Shown: positions 30,322 through 39,529 of the stretch, piece after piece
How the letters are laid out: every line of letters starts with the position of its first letter
Position numbering within the stretch: the stretch's first letter is position 1
Assembly (NCBI GenBank): GCA_963702205.1
Contig: OY969724.1
Coordinates: 736,001 to 800,000, forward strand
DNA: 64,000 nt
Direction: 5' to 3'
Source of the DNA: an uncultured candidate division Zixibacteria bacterium
Lineage (GTDB): Bacteria > Zixibacteria > MSB-5A5 > GN15 > PGXB01
Program-made: the position numbers and the translations under genes
The notes under the pieces: generated by a model
What the model was told of the DNA's origin: nothing
What the model saw: the letters and a program-made list of their open reading frames with translations, nothing else
The model's database searches: none

Positions 30322-31107
30322 TCATCCCCTCCATCTTCGGCATGGTTCAGCGAATTCGCAGTTGCCACATTGCCACCCATAATTAGGATGAAAGCAACCA
30401 CTGCTGATCGATTTACATACCGACTTAGCAAGATGAAAGAACCTGACCATATCCGACTTGTCTCGTAGGACCTCGACAGATTGAAGTCTGGGTGTCTTGG
30501 TCTTCGTAACGACATCTAGCCGAAGATTCGCATCGCGTTCATAGAGAACTCGAAAAGCGTATCCGTAAGCTGTGAGTTGAATGTGGTTCAGGATGGTCAG
30601 CTTGTCATAGGCACGTGCCGCAGTCTTTGTTTCAACGACCGTGTCCTCAGACTCCAGGAGATCAAAGTATCCGTCCAGCGGTATACCCAAATCTTCACCT
30701 GTCTCCAAATCGACAAGCGGCACTCGAAACGGAACCTCTGTATCTTGCACCGGTGTACCGCGATAACCTTTGACGTAAGTAGAAGCTAGCTTGCCACCTA
30801 TTTCGATTACATCATCAAGCGACTCGCCGTTCTTGAACCGGAGTTTCTCCTCTGCCTGAGCCCGTAAATCAGCGGCTAGTATGCGGGATACATCATCAGC
30901 ATCGGGTGACGAACCATTCTTCCTGTGCTTATGCCACCATTCAATTGCGGCGTGAAATGCGGTACCAAGCGCCAATTCAATTGGTTTGAACGGCCGTGGT
31001 AACTTGTCCACATACACGAAGCGATATTTGAGTGGACACATCAGGTAGATGTTGACCTGCGATACTGAGACATGATCTGTTGGATGATTGTTCCGATTGG
31101 CATTCAA
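30322..31107 (-). CDS. PD-(D/E)xK exonuclease, RecB/AddB/Cas4-like with Fe-S cysteines
   Basis: SVSQ..CPLKY, GTAFH, GYFD..VETKT, QLTAY, CGNCEFAEPC. Confidence 0.8.
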   Translation of the reverse strand: MNANRNNHPTDHVSVSQVNIYLMCPLKYRFVYVDKLPRPFKPIELALGTAFHAAIEWWHKHRKNGSSPDADDVSRILAADLRAQAEEKLRFKNGESLDDVIEIGGKLASTYVKGYRGTPVQDTEVPFRVPLVDLETGEDLGIPLDGYFDLLESEDTVVETKTAARAYDKLTILNHIQLTAYGYAFRVLYERDANLRLDVVTKTKTPRLQSVEVLRDKSDMVRFFHLAKSVCKSISSGCFHPNYGWQCGNCEFAEPCRRWRG

Positions 31108-31793
31108 AATGGTACCTCCTCGGCCGGTTTGGCCGCGTTTACCATTTCGTCGATTAAAACACTAGCTCTTGATTTTGTGATCTGATCGAGCGATTCAACC
31201 TCAGCCTTGTTCAGCAGGTATTGCTGGGCTTCATCACCTTCGATCTTCCGTTCAGCCAGTAAGCGGAAAAGGTATCTCCGTTGAGCGACAGTCATTGTAG
31301 CGTCAGTATCTGATGCAGGATTTGAATCAGCTCTTGGGCTTGACCGACTCCTCATTCCAGGGATTTTGTCACTTCCCGGACTAGATTGAGAATTGCCGTT
31401 GTTTCCATTGCCCGGATGACCATTTCCCTCCAGAGCCAGCTCCTCAATCGACACAACACCGATATTGACGGCATCGCGGAGCGCCCTCGCTTTCGCACGA
31501 GTCTCGGCCATCCGGATGATGTGAGGAATGATCCTCGACGCGACATTTTCCGGGCTGGCATCTCCATGACCCTTAAAGATACCGCTTTCGGTCTCTACAA
31601 TGGCCAGAAACACGGCTGTGTGGCCGTTTGCCTCATCCGGAAGCTGCACCAACGCAGTTTCCATCTTCTTTAGCCCTTTATCGTGGGCTAAGCTCAGCAA
31701 ACCGGCGTAGGTTACTACATCTTCGGTCGCGATGATACGACCCTGACGATCCTTGATTTCAATCGTCTTCACGAGACTGCCATTTCCAGACAT
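31104..31793 (-). CDS. Putative Rad52/Sak-like single-strand annealing protein
   Basis: GHGDA..RMAETRAKARALR core, flexible linker, SSB-like EEVPF tail; adjacent to the exonuclease. Confidence 0.6.
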   Translation of the reverse strand: MSGNGSLVKTIEIKDRQGRIIATEDVVTYAGLLSLAHDKGLKKMETALVQLPDEANGHTAVFLAIVETESGIFKGHGDASPENVASRIIPHIIRMAETRAKARALRDAVNIGVVSIEELALEGNGHPGNGNNGNSQSSPGSDKIPGMRSRSSPRADSNPASDTDATMTVAQRRYLFRLLAERKIEGDEAQQYLLNKAEVESLDQITKSRASVLIDEMVNAAKPAEEVPF

Positions 31794-31943
31794 GACTACC
31801 TCCTAAGTTTTGAGTAATTGTGAAAAGGACTGTTTTGTGTGATCAGTCTGGAGTGTAGCAAGTCTGTGAAAACGCTCAATTGCCTTAGTAGGCAACAAGA
31901 TAGGTATCGACGTTAGAGCAAATTTCTGATAAGCTGCCGCGAT

Positions 31944-33254
31944 ATGGAAAATGAGAAAATTACAATCTTAGGTGAAACCAATTATCGCAATAAGAGACAA
32001 CGTTTTGGCATTAAAGATCATGATCGGCAACGGCATGTTTATGTTGTCGGACAGACTGGAATGGGGAAATCGACACTATTGCTAAACATGCTAGTCCAGG
32101 ATATTCAGCGAGGCAAGGGTGTGGCTCTAATCGATCCTCACGGCGATTTAGCAGAACAGCTATTGGATTATATCCCGCAACGACGAATGACCGATGTCAT
32201 CTACATCAACCCTGCTGATACTGAGTATCCGGTAGGAATCAATCTGTTTGATGGCGATGAGACAATCGGTCGCCATCTAATAGCCTCGCACCTGGTTGAT
32301 ATTTTTAAGAAGATTTGGGCTGATTCCTGGGGGCCTCGGCTGGAGTATATACTGCGGAATACGATTCTCGCCTTACTGGAATGCGGTGGACACACCCTCC
32401 TTTCAATTCCCCGGTTGCTTATCGATCCTGAGTTTCGGTCTGTCGTGTTAAATAGGGTTCGCGATCCTGTAGTTAGATCTTTTTGGCAAATAGAATACGA
32501 GCTGTATCCTAAAGTTTTTCGAACTGAGACAATATCTCCAATACAAAACAAAGTGGGGCAGTTCCTGTCAGTCCCTGTGATGCGTAATGTACTCGGACAG
32601 GTCAGGAACAAGGTCGATTTCCGCATGGCGATGGATTCAAGCAAAATACTGATTGTAAATCTTTCCAAAGGTCAGCTTGGAGAAGATAACTCAAGTCTTC
32701 TGGGGTCGTTGATCGTTTCCAAGCTCTTCCTAACAGCTATGTCTCGAGCAAATGTGAAAATTACTGAGAGGAAGCCGTTCGCGATCTATATTGATGAATT
32801 TCAGAGCTTTGCATCCGACAATTTTGCTCACACACTATCTGAAATGCGCAAATTTGCCCTTCATTTAGTCTTGGCGCACCAGTACCTGGCCCAGCTACCA
32901 CTACAGCTCAAATCTGCCGTATTCGGCAATGTTGGGACAACCATTGCGTTTCGCATAGGGGCTGAGGATGGAGAGTATCTTGAAAAGGAGTATTTTCCCA
33001 TGTTCAGAGCTACAGACTTACAGTCACTCTCTGCTTACGATATCTATGTCAAGTTATCCATCGACGGGAAAACAACTGAAGCCTTTAGTGCTAAGACCTT
33101 GCCGGAACCAGCAATCCATAAAAGTCTAAGGGAAGCACTCATTGAACTGTCACGCATTCGGTATAGTCTGAAGAGGGAAATTGTCCAGGAGAGAATTGCT
33201 CTTTGGATAAGTGATCCAACAAAGGAATATTCGGAGACTATGAAGAGATGGTAA
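31944..33254 (+). CDS. TraD/TrwB/VirD4-like (HerA/DUF87-type) ATPase
   Basis: RHVYVVGQTGMGKST, IDPHGD, YIDEFQ, SEMRKF, AHQY. Confidence 0.8.
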   Translation: MENEKITILGETNYRNKRQRFGIKDHDRQRHVYVVGQTGMGKSTLLLNMLVQDIQRGKGVALIDPHGDLAEQLLDYIPQRRMTDVIYINPADTEYPVGINLFDGDETIGRHLIASHLVDIFKKIWADSWGPRLEYILRNTILALLECGGHTLLSIPRLLIDPEFRSVVLNRVRDPVVRSFWQIEYELYPKVFRTETISPIQNKVGQFLSVPVMRNVLGQVRNKVDFRMAMDSSKILIVNLSKGQLGEDNSSLLGSLIVSKLFLTAMSRANVKITERKPFAIYIDEFQSFASDNFAHTLSEMRKFALHLVLAHQYLAQLPLQLKSAVFGNVGTTIAFRIGAEDGEYLEKEYFPMFRATDLQSLSAYDIYVKLSIDGKTTEAFSAKTLPEPAIHKSLREALIELSRIRYSLKREIVQERIALWISDPTKEYSETMKRW

Positions 33255-33411
33255 GTCGGGGTTCAATCAATACATCCGTCAGTTTACTAATTCTTGAAGT
33301 GTTTTGCTAAGGTTAGCTAATCTTTATAGGTCCGCGCATACTTAACTTATAACAAGAAGTAACCTATCAGAAAGGCTATACAACAAGCTACTCTATGACC
33401 CTAGTAAGGAG

Positions 33412-33606
33412 GTGAGTATGAGAGAATGGAGCGACGAAATGATTCAGAGAACCAAGGATCTATTAAAGGATGACTTTGGCAAAGAACTCTCCACAGAAGA
33501 TGCAATCGAGTGCTTAGATAACATGACCCGCTTCGCGGAAACTCTTATAGAGATATATCAAGAACAGAAAGCCAGGGGGATTGATATTCTCGCAGAGGCC
33601 GACTAG
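33412..33606 (+). CDS. Small hypothetical protein, convergent with the integrase
   Basis: AAGGAGG upstream; 64-aa helical-looking sequence. Confidence 0.6.
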   Translation: MSMREWSDEMIQRTKDLLKDDFGKELSTEDAIECLDNMTRFAETLIEIYQEQKARGIDILAEAD

Positions 33607-34613
33607 AAAGGTAACTTGTTTACAGCGGCTTTGTGAATTTCCGGTGACAAATGGGCATACATCATCGTAGTCGAGATATTGGAATGCCCCAGAAGCTCTT
33701 TGATTACCGGGATCGGAACACCTTCCATAGCAAGATGAGATGCGAAGGTGTGGCGCAGGTCATGAAGAGTCCCTTTCATTCCAAGCTCTTTGAGTAGTTC
33801 GGCAAACCGCTTGTAAAGGCGATTCTGACAAACAAAGGGCCGGAATACATGATCATCGGCTTTCCTACCTTTGAGCAACTTCGTGAATACTTTCTTCAAC
33901 TCAGCTGTCATAGGGATTGTACGCGGTCGCTTTCCCTTAGGTGAATACTCACCGTATGGCCACACTCGTATACTGTCACTCTTTAGATCGACATCTCGAC
34001 AGCGGAGATGAAAGAGCTCCCCTCTCCGCATACCAGTCGAAACAAGAATCTGAATTCCCGTCTGTACATCTGGATCGGCAATATGTAGGAGCTTGGCAAT
34101 ATCGTCTTTGCTAAAGAAGTTAAACGTCTTGACAATCTTGGGGACCGACATGTTAGCAATAGGATTTTTGTCAATCAGGTCCCACTCTACTGCCTTGTTC
34201 ATTGCCGTTTTGAGAAACGAGATGTAGTTCTTGATCGTTTTAGGCTTTCGACCTTCCAACTCCTCGGCTCTGAATGTATCTACTAGATTAGGAGTGATAC
34301 TGGCAAGATGGCGAATTCCATTCTTCACGAAGAAATTGTGCCACGCCCGCAGACGGGAAATATCAGGGTGGCGGTCAACGGTACTGCCATTGCGGAAATA
34401 GGCTTCGTACCTCTGGAAAAACTCCGTCACTGACGACTTGCGTCCGGTGAGCTTTTTGGCTCCAATCTCGCCCTTGAAGAGCTTGACCTTCAGATCTTCC
34501 AGCTTGACTAGAGCATGCTGTTTGTTTGAAGTACCGGTCGATATCCGAAATCTCTTGCTATTGATCCGGTAGTCAATCCAGTAAATCCCATGTCTTTGAA
34601 ATAGACTTGCCAT
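33603..34613 (-). CDS. Tyrosine recombinase/integrase
   Basis: TGMRRGE, HDLRH, LGHS, MYAH catalytic motifs; N-terminal arm-binding-like YWIDYR..STGT. Confidence 0.92.
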   Translation of the reverse strand: MASLFQRHGIYWIDYRINSKRFRISTGTSNKQHALVKLEDLKVKLFKGEIGAKKLTGRKSSVTEFFQRYEAYFRNGSTVDRHPDISRLRAWHNFFVKNGIRHLASITPNLVDTFRAEELEGRKPKTIKNYISFLKTAMNKAVEWDLIDKNPIANMSVPKIVKTFNFFSKDDIAKLLHIADPDVQTGIQILVSTGMRRGELFHLRCRDVDLKSDSIRVWPYGEYSPKGKRPRTIPMTAELKKVFTKLLKGRKADDHVFRPFVCQNRLYKRFAELLKELGMKGTLHDLRHTFASHLAMEGVPIPVIKELLGHSNISTTMMYAHLSPEIHKAAVNKLPF

Positions 34614-34652
34614 GGACACAATATAAAAACTTCAGTCCACTTTCGCAAGATC

Positions 34653-34776
34653 ATTGTGACCAAATTGTGACCACAATCGTTGTAAGTTATTGGTAGTTAT
34701 TCGGTGTTATTCGAACCCGACTAGGCGCAAAAGTGCCCTTATTTCAGGCACTTAGCGTTGATTTTCAATGACTTAG
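34653..34776. promoter_or_regulatory. Attachment-site arm: tandem integrase arm-type repeats and an IHF-like site
   Basis: ATTGTGACCA at 34653 and 34664; GTTATT three times in 34685-34711; GTTGATTTTCAATGACTTA at ~34757. Confidence 0.5.
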
Positions 34777-34789
34777 GGAAAAATAAAAA

Positions 34790-35148
34790 TGGTGGAGGTG
34801 GGGGGAATCGAACCCCCGTCCGAAAAAGGCGCCAGAATGTCTTCTACGTGCGTAGCCGTCCTTTTATTCTCGCCTCCTCCCCTGCCGGACAGCAGGCCAG
34901 AGAGAAGGCCAGCCTTTGTGATTTTCGTCCGGCCTTAAAGGCGTCGGCCAGCTTAGCCTTTCTGATCGACGCTCACTCCCGGTCCGGAAAGGCGACAAAC
35001 CGGGCGAGCGGGCACCTAATCTAAGTTAGGCAGCCATGGCGTAATTGTATTCGCCAGATATTGTGTTTACCGGATAGTTTACGAGTTATCCGATGATCTC
35101 GGCACGCCGACAGACCCTCACCTGATCCGTCGAAACCTTTTCACCCCC
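34790..35148 (-). ncRNA. ssrA: tmRNA (~359 nt), tag peptide (A)GEYNYAMAA
   Basis: 5' GGGGGTGAAAAGGTTTCGACG; 3' GGGGGTTCGATTCCCCCCACCTCCACCA; tag ORF 35055-35026 ending ..MAA-TAA. Confidence 0.95.
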
Positions 35149-35374
35149 ATAACTGAGAGGCTATTCGATTCGGCGTGAAGACCTGCTAATAGCCATAATA
35201 CCTATTGGCAATATAACAATACCGCCGAAGTTGTCAATTGTTTCAAATTCGGATGTAAAAAACTTCAAATTTCTTCGCGGCAAGTCTTCTTTTTGCACGG
35301 TTTTTTTATTAAATTCATTGCCTGTATATAACCGCGCAGCGCGGCACATTTTATCGGCCCGCCGAGGAGACAAT

Positions 35375-37543
35375 ATGACGTTCGACAAACATAGATTTTT
35401 CATCGCGGCCATCCTGTTGGTCCTCGTTCTGGTCGCGGGATGCAGTAAAAACACCGGACAGGTCACCGACTCAGGAACCACAGCAACGATTGATTTCTTG
35501 AGCAGTCCGGTCTATTACCGAGCCGGTGAAACCCCGCAGGAAATAGCTACGGCCGATTTCGACGGCGACGGCAGCGTCGATATCGCCATGACGGATTTCG
35601 GCGGCGATGCGGTTTCGGTGCTTTATAACAACGGCGACGGCGGTTTCCGCCAAACCGATACTTACGAGTCCGGCAATGAACCGTGGGCGCTGTGCACGGC
35701 CGATTTCGATGGCGACGGTGACCTCGATATCGCGGTAGCGGTCAGAAAATCAAGTGTCGTTTATATATTCTTAAACGACGGCCACGCCGTCTTCACGAAA
35801 GCTCCCATAGTCGTGGCGGGTCAGACGCCGCAGGCCGTGTTTGCGGCCGACTATAACGGTGATGAAAACGTCGATCTGGCGATCGGGCTTTATGAACCGG
35901 GACTTATCAGGATTGTACCGGGCAATGGCGACGGGACTTTCGGCAACGGCGTCAATTATTATGTCGGTCTCGGTCCGACGTCGCTGACCGCCTGTGACTT
36001 CGACGGCGACGACGATTTGGATATATTCGCGACGCTTTACGATGCCGACAGCATCGCGGTGCTTCGCAACAACGGTGGATCGTTTGCAGTCGGAGCGCGT
36101 CTTCCGGCCGACAACGGGCCCTATGGCATCGCGTCGGGACTGATCAACGATGACGATATATCAGACCTGGCGGTGGCCAACTATAATTCCGCCGATTTAA
36201 CCGTCCTCTATGGCGACGGTGCCGGGGGGTTCACGGGGCCGTTATACTACATTGCCGGAACCGGTCCGCGCTCGATAGCGATCGCTCCGATGGATGATAA
36301 CACGTCGAATGACGTCATCTTCACCAATTCGATAAGCAACACGGCCATTATATATTACAACGACGGCGAAGGGGAATTTGTCCGCCAGACCACATTCCAG
36401 ACCGGCGAGAGCCCGTATTCGGTAGCCGTCGGAGATTTCGATGGTCAGTACGGTCTCGACGTCGTCGTGGGGAATCTCGATTCGCGCAGTTTGTCCATTT
36501 ATATGCACGATAGCCCGACAACTTTCGCGACGCGCAACGATTACGACGGCATTGCCGGGGCGCGGTCGGTGGTGGCGGCGGATTTTAACAATGACGGCTA
36601 TTGCGATATGGCCGCCGTGGCAGCTCTCGATGACAGTCTCCTGGTGATTGCATACGACTTTGAAGGTACGTATGCCATGCCCGTGGAAATGCCGACCGGC
36701 ACCTACCCCTGGGGTCTGGATGCGTGCGATATCGATAATGATTCATACACGGAACTTATCGTCAGCAGTAATTCCGATGATATCGTCTCCGTGTTTCCGA
36801 ACGATCACGGTACATTAGGAGCGGCCGTAAGCTATTCAACCGACGATCTCCCCCGCTCGCTGGTAGTGCAGGACCTGGATCACGACGGCGACAGCGACCT
36901 GGTTGTGGGTAATTCTCAGACCAACACGGCCATGGTGCGATTGAACAACGGCGACGGAACTCTGGCCGGACCGATATCGTACTATGTCGGTTCCAGTCCG
37001 TTCGGCGTAACCGCGGCGAAAATAAATAATGACGATTATTATGACATTGTCACGGCCAATTACGGCGCCGACAGCATTTCCGTGCTTATCAACGACGGCA
37101 ATAACAATTTCGAAGACCGGACCGATTACGCAGTCGGTTCGCTGCCGCGGGCGGTGGTTTCGGGAGATTTCGACGGCGACGGGGATTTTGACCTGGCCGT
37201 CTCAAGTTATAATGACGGTACAGTAATGGTCTTGTATAACGACGGTTCCGGTCAGTACAATTCCGCGGTGTCATACAATACCGGTGCCGGGTGTTCCGGT
37301 CTTTTTGTCGATGATCTCGATTCGCAAAACGGTCCGGATATTCTGGCTGCCAATACCCTGGCCGGGACGATTACGTATCTGGCCAACGACGGTTCCGGCT
37401 CCTTTAATAAAGCCAATCTCAATATCGGCGGCGCGCCGGTATCGGTCGCTACCGATGACGTCGACGGTGATGGCTTAAAAGACGTTTTGGTCGTCGATCG
37501 CGACAATAATCGGGTCGCGATCCTGTTCAATACTTCACATTGA
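35375..37543 (+). CDS. FG-GAP/VCBS-repeat lipoprotein
   Basis: AGGAG upstream, lipobox LVAGC, many DFDGDGDLD-type repeats. Confidence 0.88.
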   Translation: MTFDKHRFFIAAILLVLVLVAGCSKNTGQVTDSGTTATIDFLSSPVYYRAGETPQEIATADFDGDGSVDIAMTDFGGDAVSVLYNNGDGGFRQTDTYESGNEPWALCTADFDGDGDLDIAVAVRKSSVVYIFLNDGHAVFTKAPIVVAGQTPQAVFAADYNGDENVDLAIGLYEPGLIRIVPGNGDGTFGNGVNYYVGLGPTSLTACDFDGDDDLDIFATLYDADSIAVLRNNGGSFAVGARLPADNGPYGIASGLINDDDISDLAVANYNSADLTVLYGDGAGGFTGPLYYIAGTGPRSIAIAPMDDNTSNDVIFTNSISNTAIIYYNDGEGEFVRQTTFQTGESPYSVAVGDFDGQYGLDVVVGNLDSRSLSIYMHDSPTTFATRNDYDGIAGARSVVAADFNNDGYCDMAAVAALDDSLLVIAYDFEGTYAMPVEMPTGTYPWGLDACDIDNDSYTELIVSSNSDDIVSVFPNDHGTLGAAVSYSTDDLPRSLVVQDLDHDGDSDLVVGNSQTNTAMVRLNNGDGTLAGPISYYVGSSPFGVTAAKINNDDYYDIVTANYGADSISVLINDGNNNFEDRTDYAVGSLPRAVVSGDFDGDGDFDLAVSSYNDGTVMVLYNDGSGQYNSAVSYNTGAGCSGLFVDDLDSQNGPDILAANTLAGTITYLANDGSGSFNKANLNIGGAPVSVATDDVDGDGLKDVLVVDRDNNRVAILFNTSH

Positions 37544-37758
37544 TAGGATTTTGCACGATTTCAATGCGGTTGTGCCATCCCTGAACATTGCTCCCGTTTG
37601 AAACAGGCAAAACGCCGGAATTCGTATTTTCCCCAATTGCAATTTTCATATAACTATCCTCGATATCTGCACTTACGATTTAGTCGTTGGTTCGGCGCGG
37701 TTTTTGACATTGTTCAATATCGCTAATTGAAACAGCCACACTTTGTAAGGGGTATTGA

Positions 37759-39504
37759 ATGAGAGTTGCAAGCAAGATCCTTTACACGAACGCGTCGGGA
37801 TTCGGGAGACTTCTTCTTTCGATACTGACCGTATTTCTCGCCCTGGCCGCTTTCACCGGCGGCGCCCTTGCTCAGGAGGCCACCCAGACCTCCATCACTC
37901 TGACATGGACCGCGCCCGGCGACGATGGTGATATCGGGACCGCTACGGCTTATGATATCCGTTATTCATTGTCGTCGATCAACGCGTCCAACTGGAACGA
38001 CGCAACTCAAGTGACCGGAGAACCGTCGCCCCAGACCGCCGGCAATGCCGAAAGTTTTACCGTGACCGGGCTCACTCCCGGGACACTGTACTACTTTGCC
38101 GTCAAAGCCGGAGATGAAGCCGATAACTGGTCGAGCCTTTCCAACGTGGTCAGTCGATCCACGCTGGACGAGTCCGATCCGCCGGCTGCCGTCGCCAACC
38201 TGATCGTCAACGGCACCGGCGAAACATCCGTAACCCTTAACTGGACCGCACCCGGTGACGATGGTACAACCGGGACGGCGTCGGAGTACGACGTCCGTTA
38301 TGCTGTGTCGCCGATCACAACTTTGAACTGGGATGCGGCTGTGCAGGCCACGGGTGAACCGTCGCCGCAGGCCGCTGGCAGCAGTGAATCGTTTACGGTG
38401 ACCGGTCTCAACGCGAGTACGACATATTATTTCGCGATCAAGACCGCCGATGAGGTGCCCAACTGGTCCGACCTGTCCAACGTCGTGTCGGGCACGACCA
38501 ATGCGGAAACCAATGCACCGACGGCTATTGCCGACGTTGCGATCAGCGCCTCCGATGCGACCAGCGTGACAATTACCTGGACCGCCACCGGTGACGATGG
38601 TACAACCGGGACGGCATCGGAGTACGATATCCGTTATGCCACTACGCCGATCACAACGGCCAACTGGAATTCCGCTTCACAGGCGACCGGCGAGCCGGCT
38701 CCGAAGGCTTCCGGTTCCGCCGAAAACTTCACGATCGACAATTTAAGCTCCGGCACGAGTTACTACTTCGCTATCCGTGTGGCGGATGAGGTGCCCAACT
38801 GGTCGGATATTTCCAACGTGGTTGATACCACGACAACCGACGTTACCCCGCCGGCGGCGATCAATGACCTGAGTGCCGTGACCGGTGTAGATAACGGCGA
38901 GATTGATCTTAGCTGGACGGCGCCGGGCGACAACGGCAACAGCGGCGCGGCCAGTTTTTATGTGATCGTTTATTCCGAAGATAGTATTACCGAATCTAAT
39001 TGGGATCAGGCTGACCTTTGGGTCAGCCCTCCCATCCCGCAACAGGCCGGGCAGGCCGAAAGTATTACTTTGACCGGCTTGACTCCGGCGACGACGTACT
39101 GCGTGGCTGTCAAATCCGCCGATGAGGCCCTCAATATGTCGGCGATGTCAAACTGTCCGTCGGCCGAAGCTTATTTCGATCTCAGTCTGGACATCGACGA
39201 TGACGACGGCTTGACCACCGTGCCGACCGAGTTTCATATTTCACAGAACTATCCCAACCCGTTTAACCCGACGACGACCATTAGGTATTCGGTCCCGGCG
39301 TACGCACACGTTACGATACACATATATAATATTTTGGGGCAGTTAACCGCGACGCTGGTCGATGAACCCAAAGCACCGGGTCAATACGCGGCCGAGTGGG
39401 ACGGTGTCGATGACAGCGGACGACCGGCGGCCTCGGGCGTTTATATGTATCGCCTCGAAACCGATGGCTACACGGCCAGCAGGAAGATGCTGCTGCTGCA
39501 GTAG
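37759..39504 (+). CDS. Secreted fibronectin type III repeat protein with C-terminal FlgD/T9SS-type sorting domain
   Basis: Signal peptide; four WTAPGDDG..YYFA FN3 repeats; QNYPNPFNP..WDG..SGVY tail. Confidence 0.88.
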   Translation: MRVASKILYTNASGFGRLLLSILTVFLALAAFTGGALAQEATQTSITLTWTAPGDDGDIGTATAYDIRYSLSSINASNWNDATQVTGEPSPQTAGNAESFTVTGLTPGTLYYFAVKAGDEADNWSSLSNVVSRSTLDESDPPAAVANLIVNGTGETSVTLNWTAPGDDGTTGTASEYDVRYAVSPITTLNWDAAVQATGEPSPQAAGSSESFTVTGLNASTTYYFAIKTADEVPNWSDLSNVVSGTTNAETNAPTAIADVAISASDATSVTITWTATGDDGTTGTASEYDIRYATTPITTANWNSASQATGEPAPKASGSAENFTIDNLSSGTSYYFAIRVADEVPNWSDISNVVDTTTTDVTPPAAINDLSAVTGVDNGEIDLSWTAPGDNGNSGAASFYVIVYSEDSITESNWDQADLWVSPPIPQQAGQAESITLTGLTPATTYCVAVKSADEALNMSAMSNCPSAEAYFDLSLDIDDDDGLTTVPTEFHISQNYPNPFNPTTTIRYSVPAYAHVTIHIYNILGQLTATLVDEPKAPGQYAAEWDGVDDSGRPAASGVYMYRLETDGYTASRKMLLLQ

Positions 39505-39529
39505 AATATATATGAATAAATAATTAAGC

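Larger units (their letters stand above)
1..34789. mobile_element. Integrative (probably replicative and mobilisable) genomic island inserted at the tmRNA 3' end; left end outside the window
   Basis: Tyrosine integrase ~180 bp from the ssrA CCA end; rep, relaxase-like, coupling-ATPase and recombination genes; defence cargo; visibly lower GC than the DNA beyond ssrA; no second copy of the ssrA 3' end seen in the window. Confidence 0.85.

Noticed and set aside
30322..31107. Cas4 of a CRISPR-Cas locus
   Set aside because: No cas1/cas2 or array; its position next to an annealing protein fits a recombination exonuclease
1..34789. Complete prophage
   Set aside because: No capsid, terminase, portal, tail or lysis genes in the window; the part outside the window cannot be judged
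34790..34830. tRNA gene
   Set aside because: The T-arm and CCA belong to the tRNA-like domain of tmRNA; the matching 5' end is ~360 nt away with a tag ORF between
34758..35024. 88-aa ORF (..GGGGGNRTPVR..)
   Set aside because: Antisense shadow of tmRNA
37900..39130. DNA-level repeats in the FN3 gene as a diversity-generating or mobile feature
   Set aside because: Explained by tandem FN3 domain duplication; no reverse transcriptase or adenine-specific variation seen
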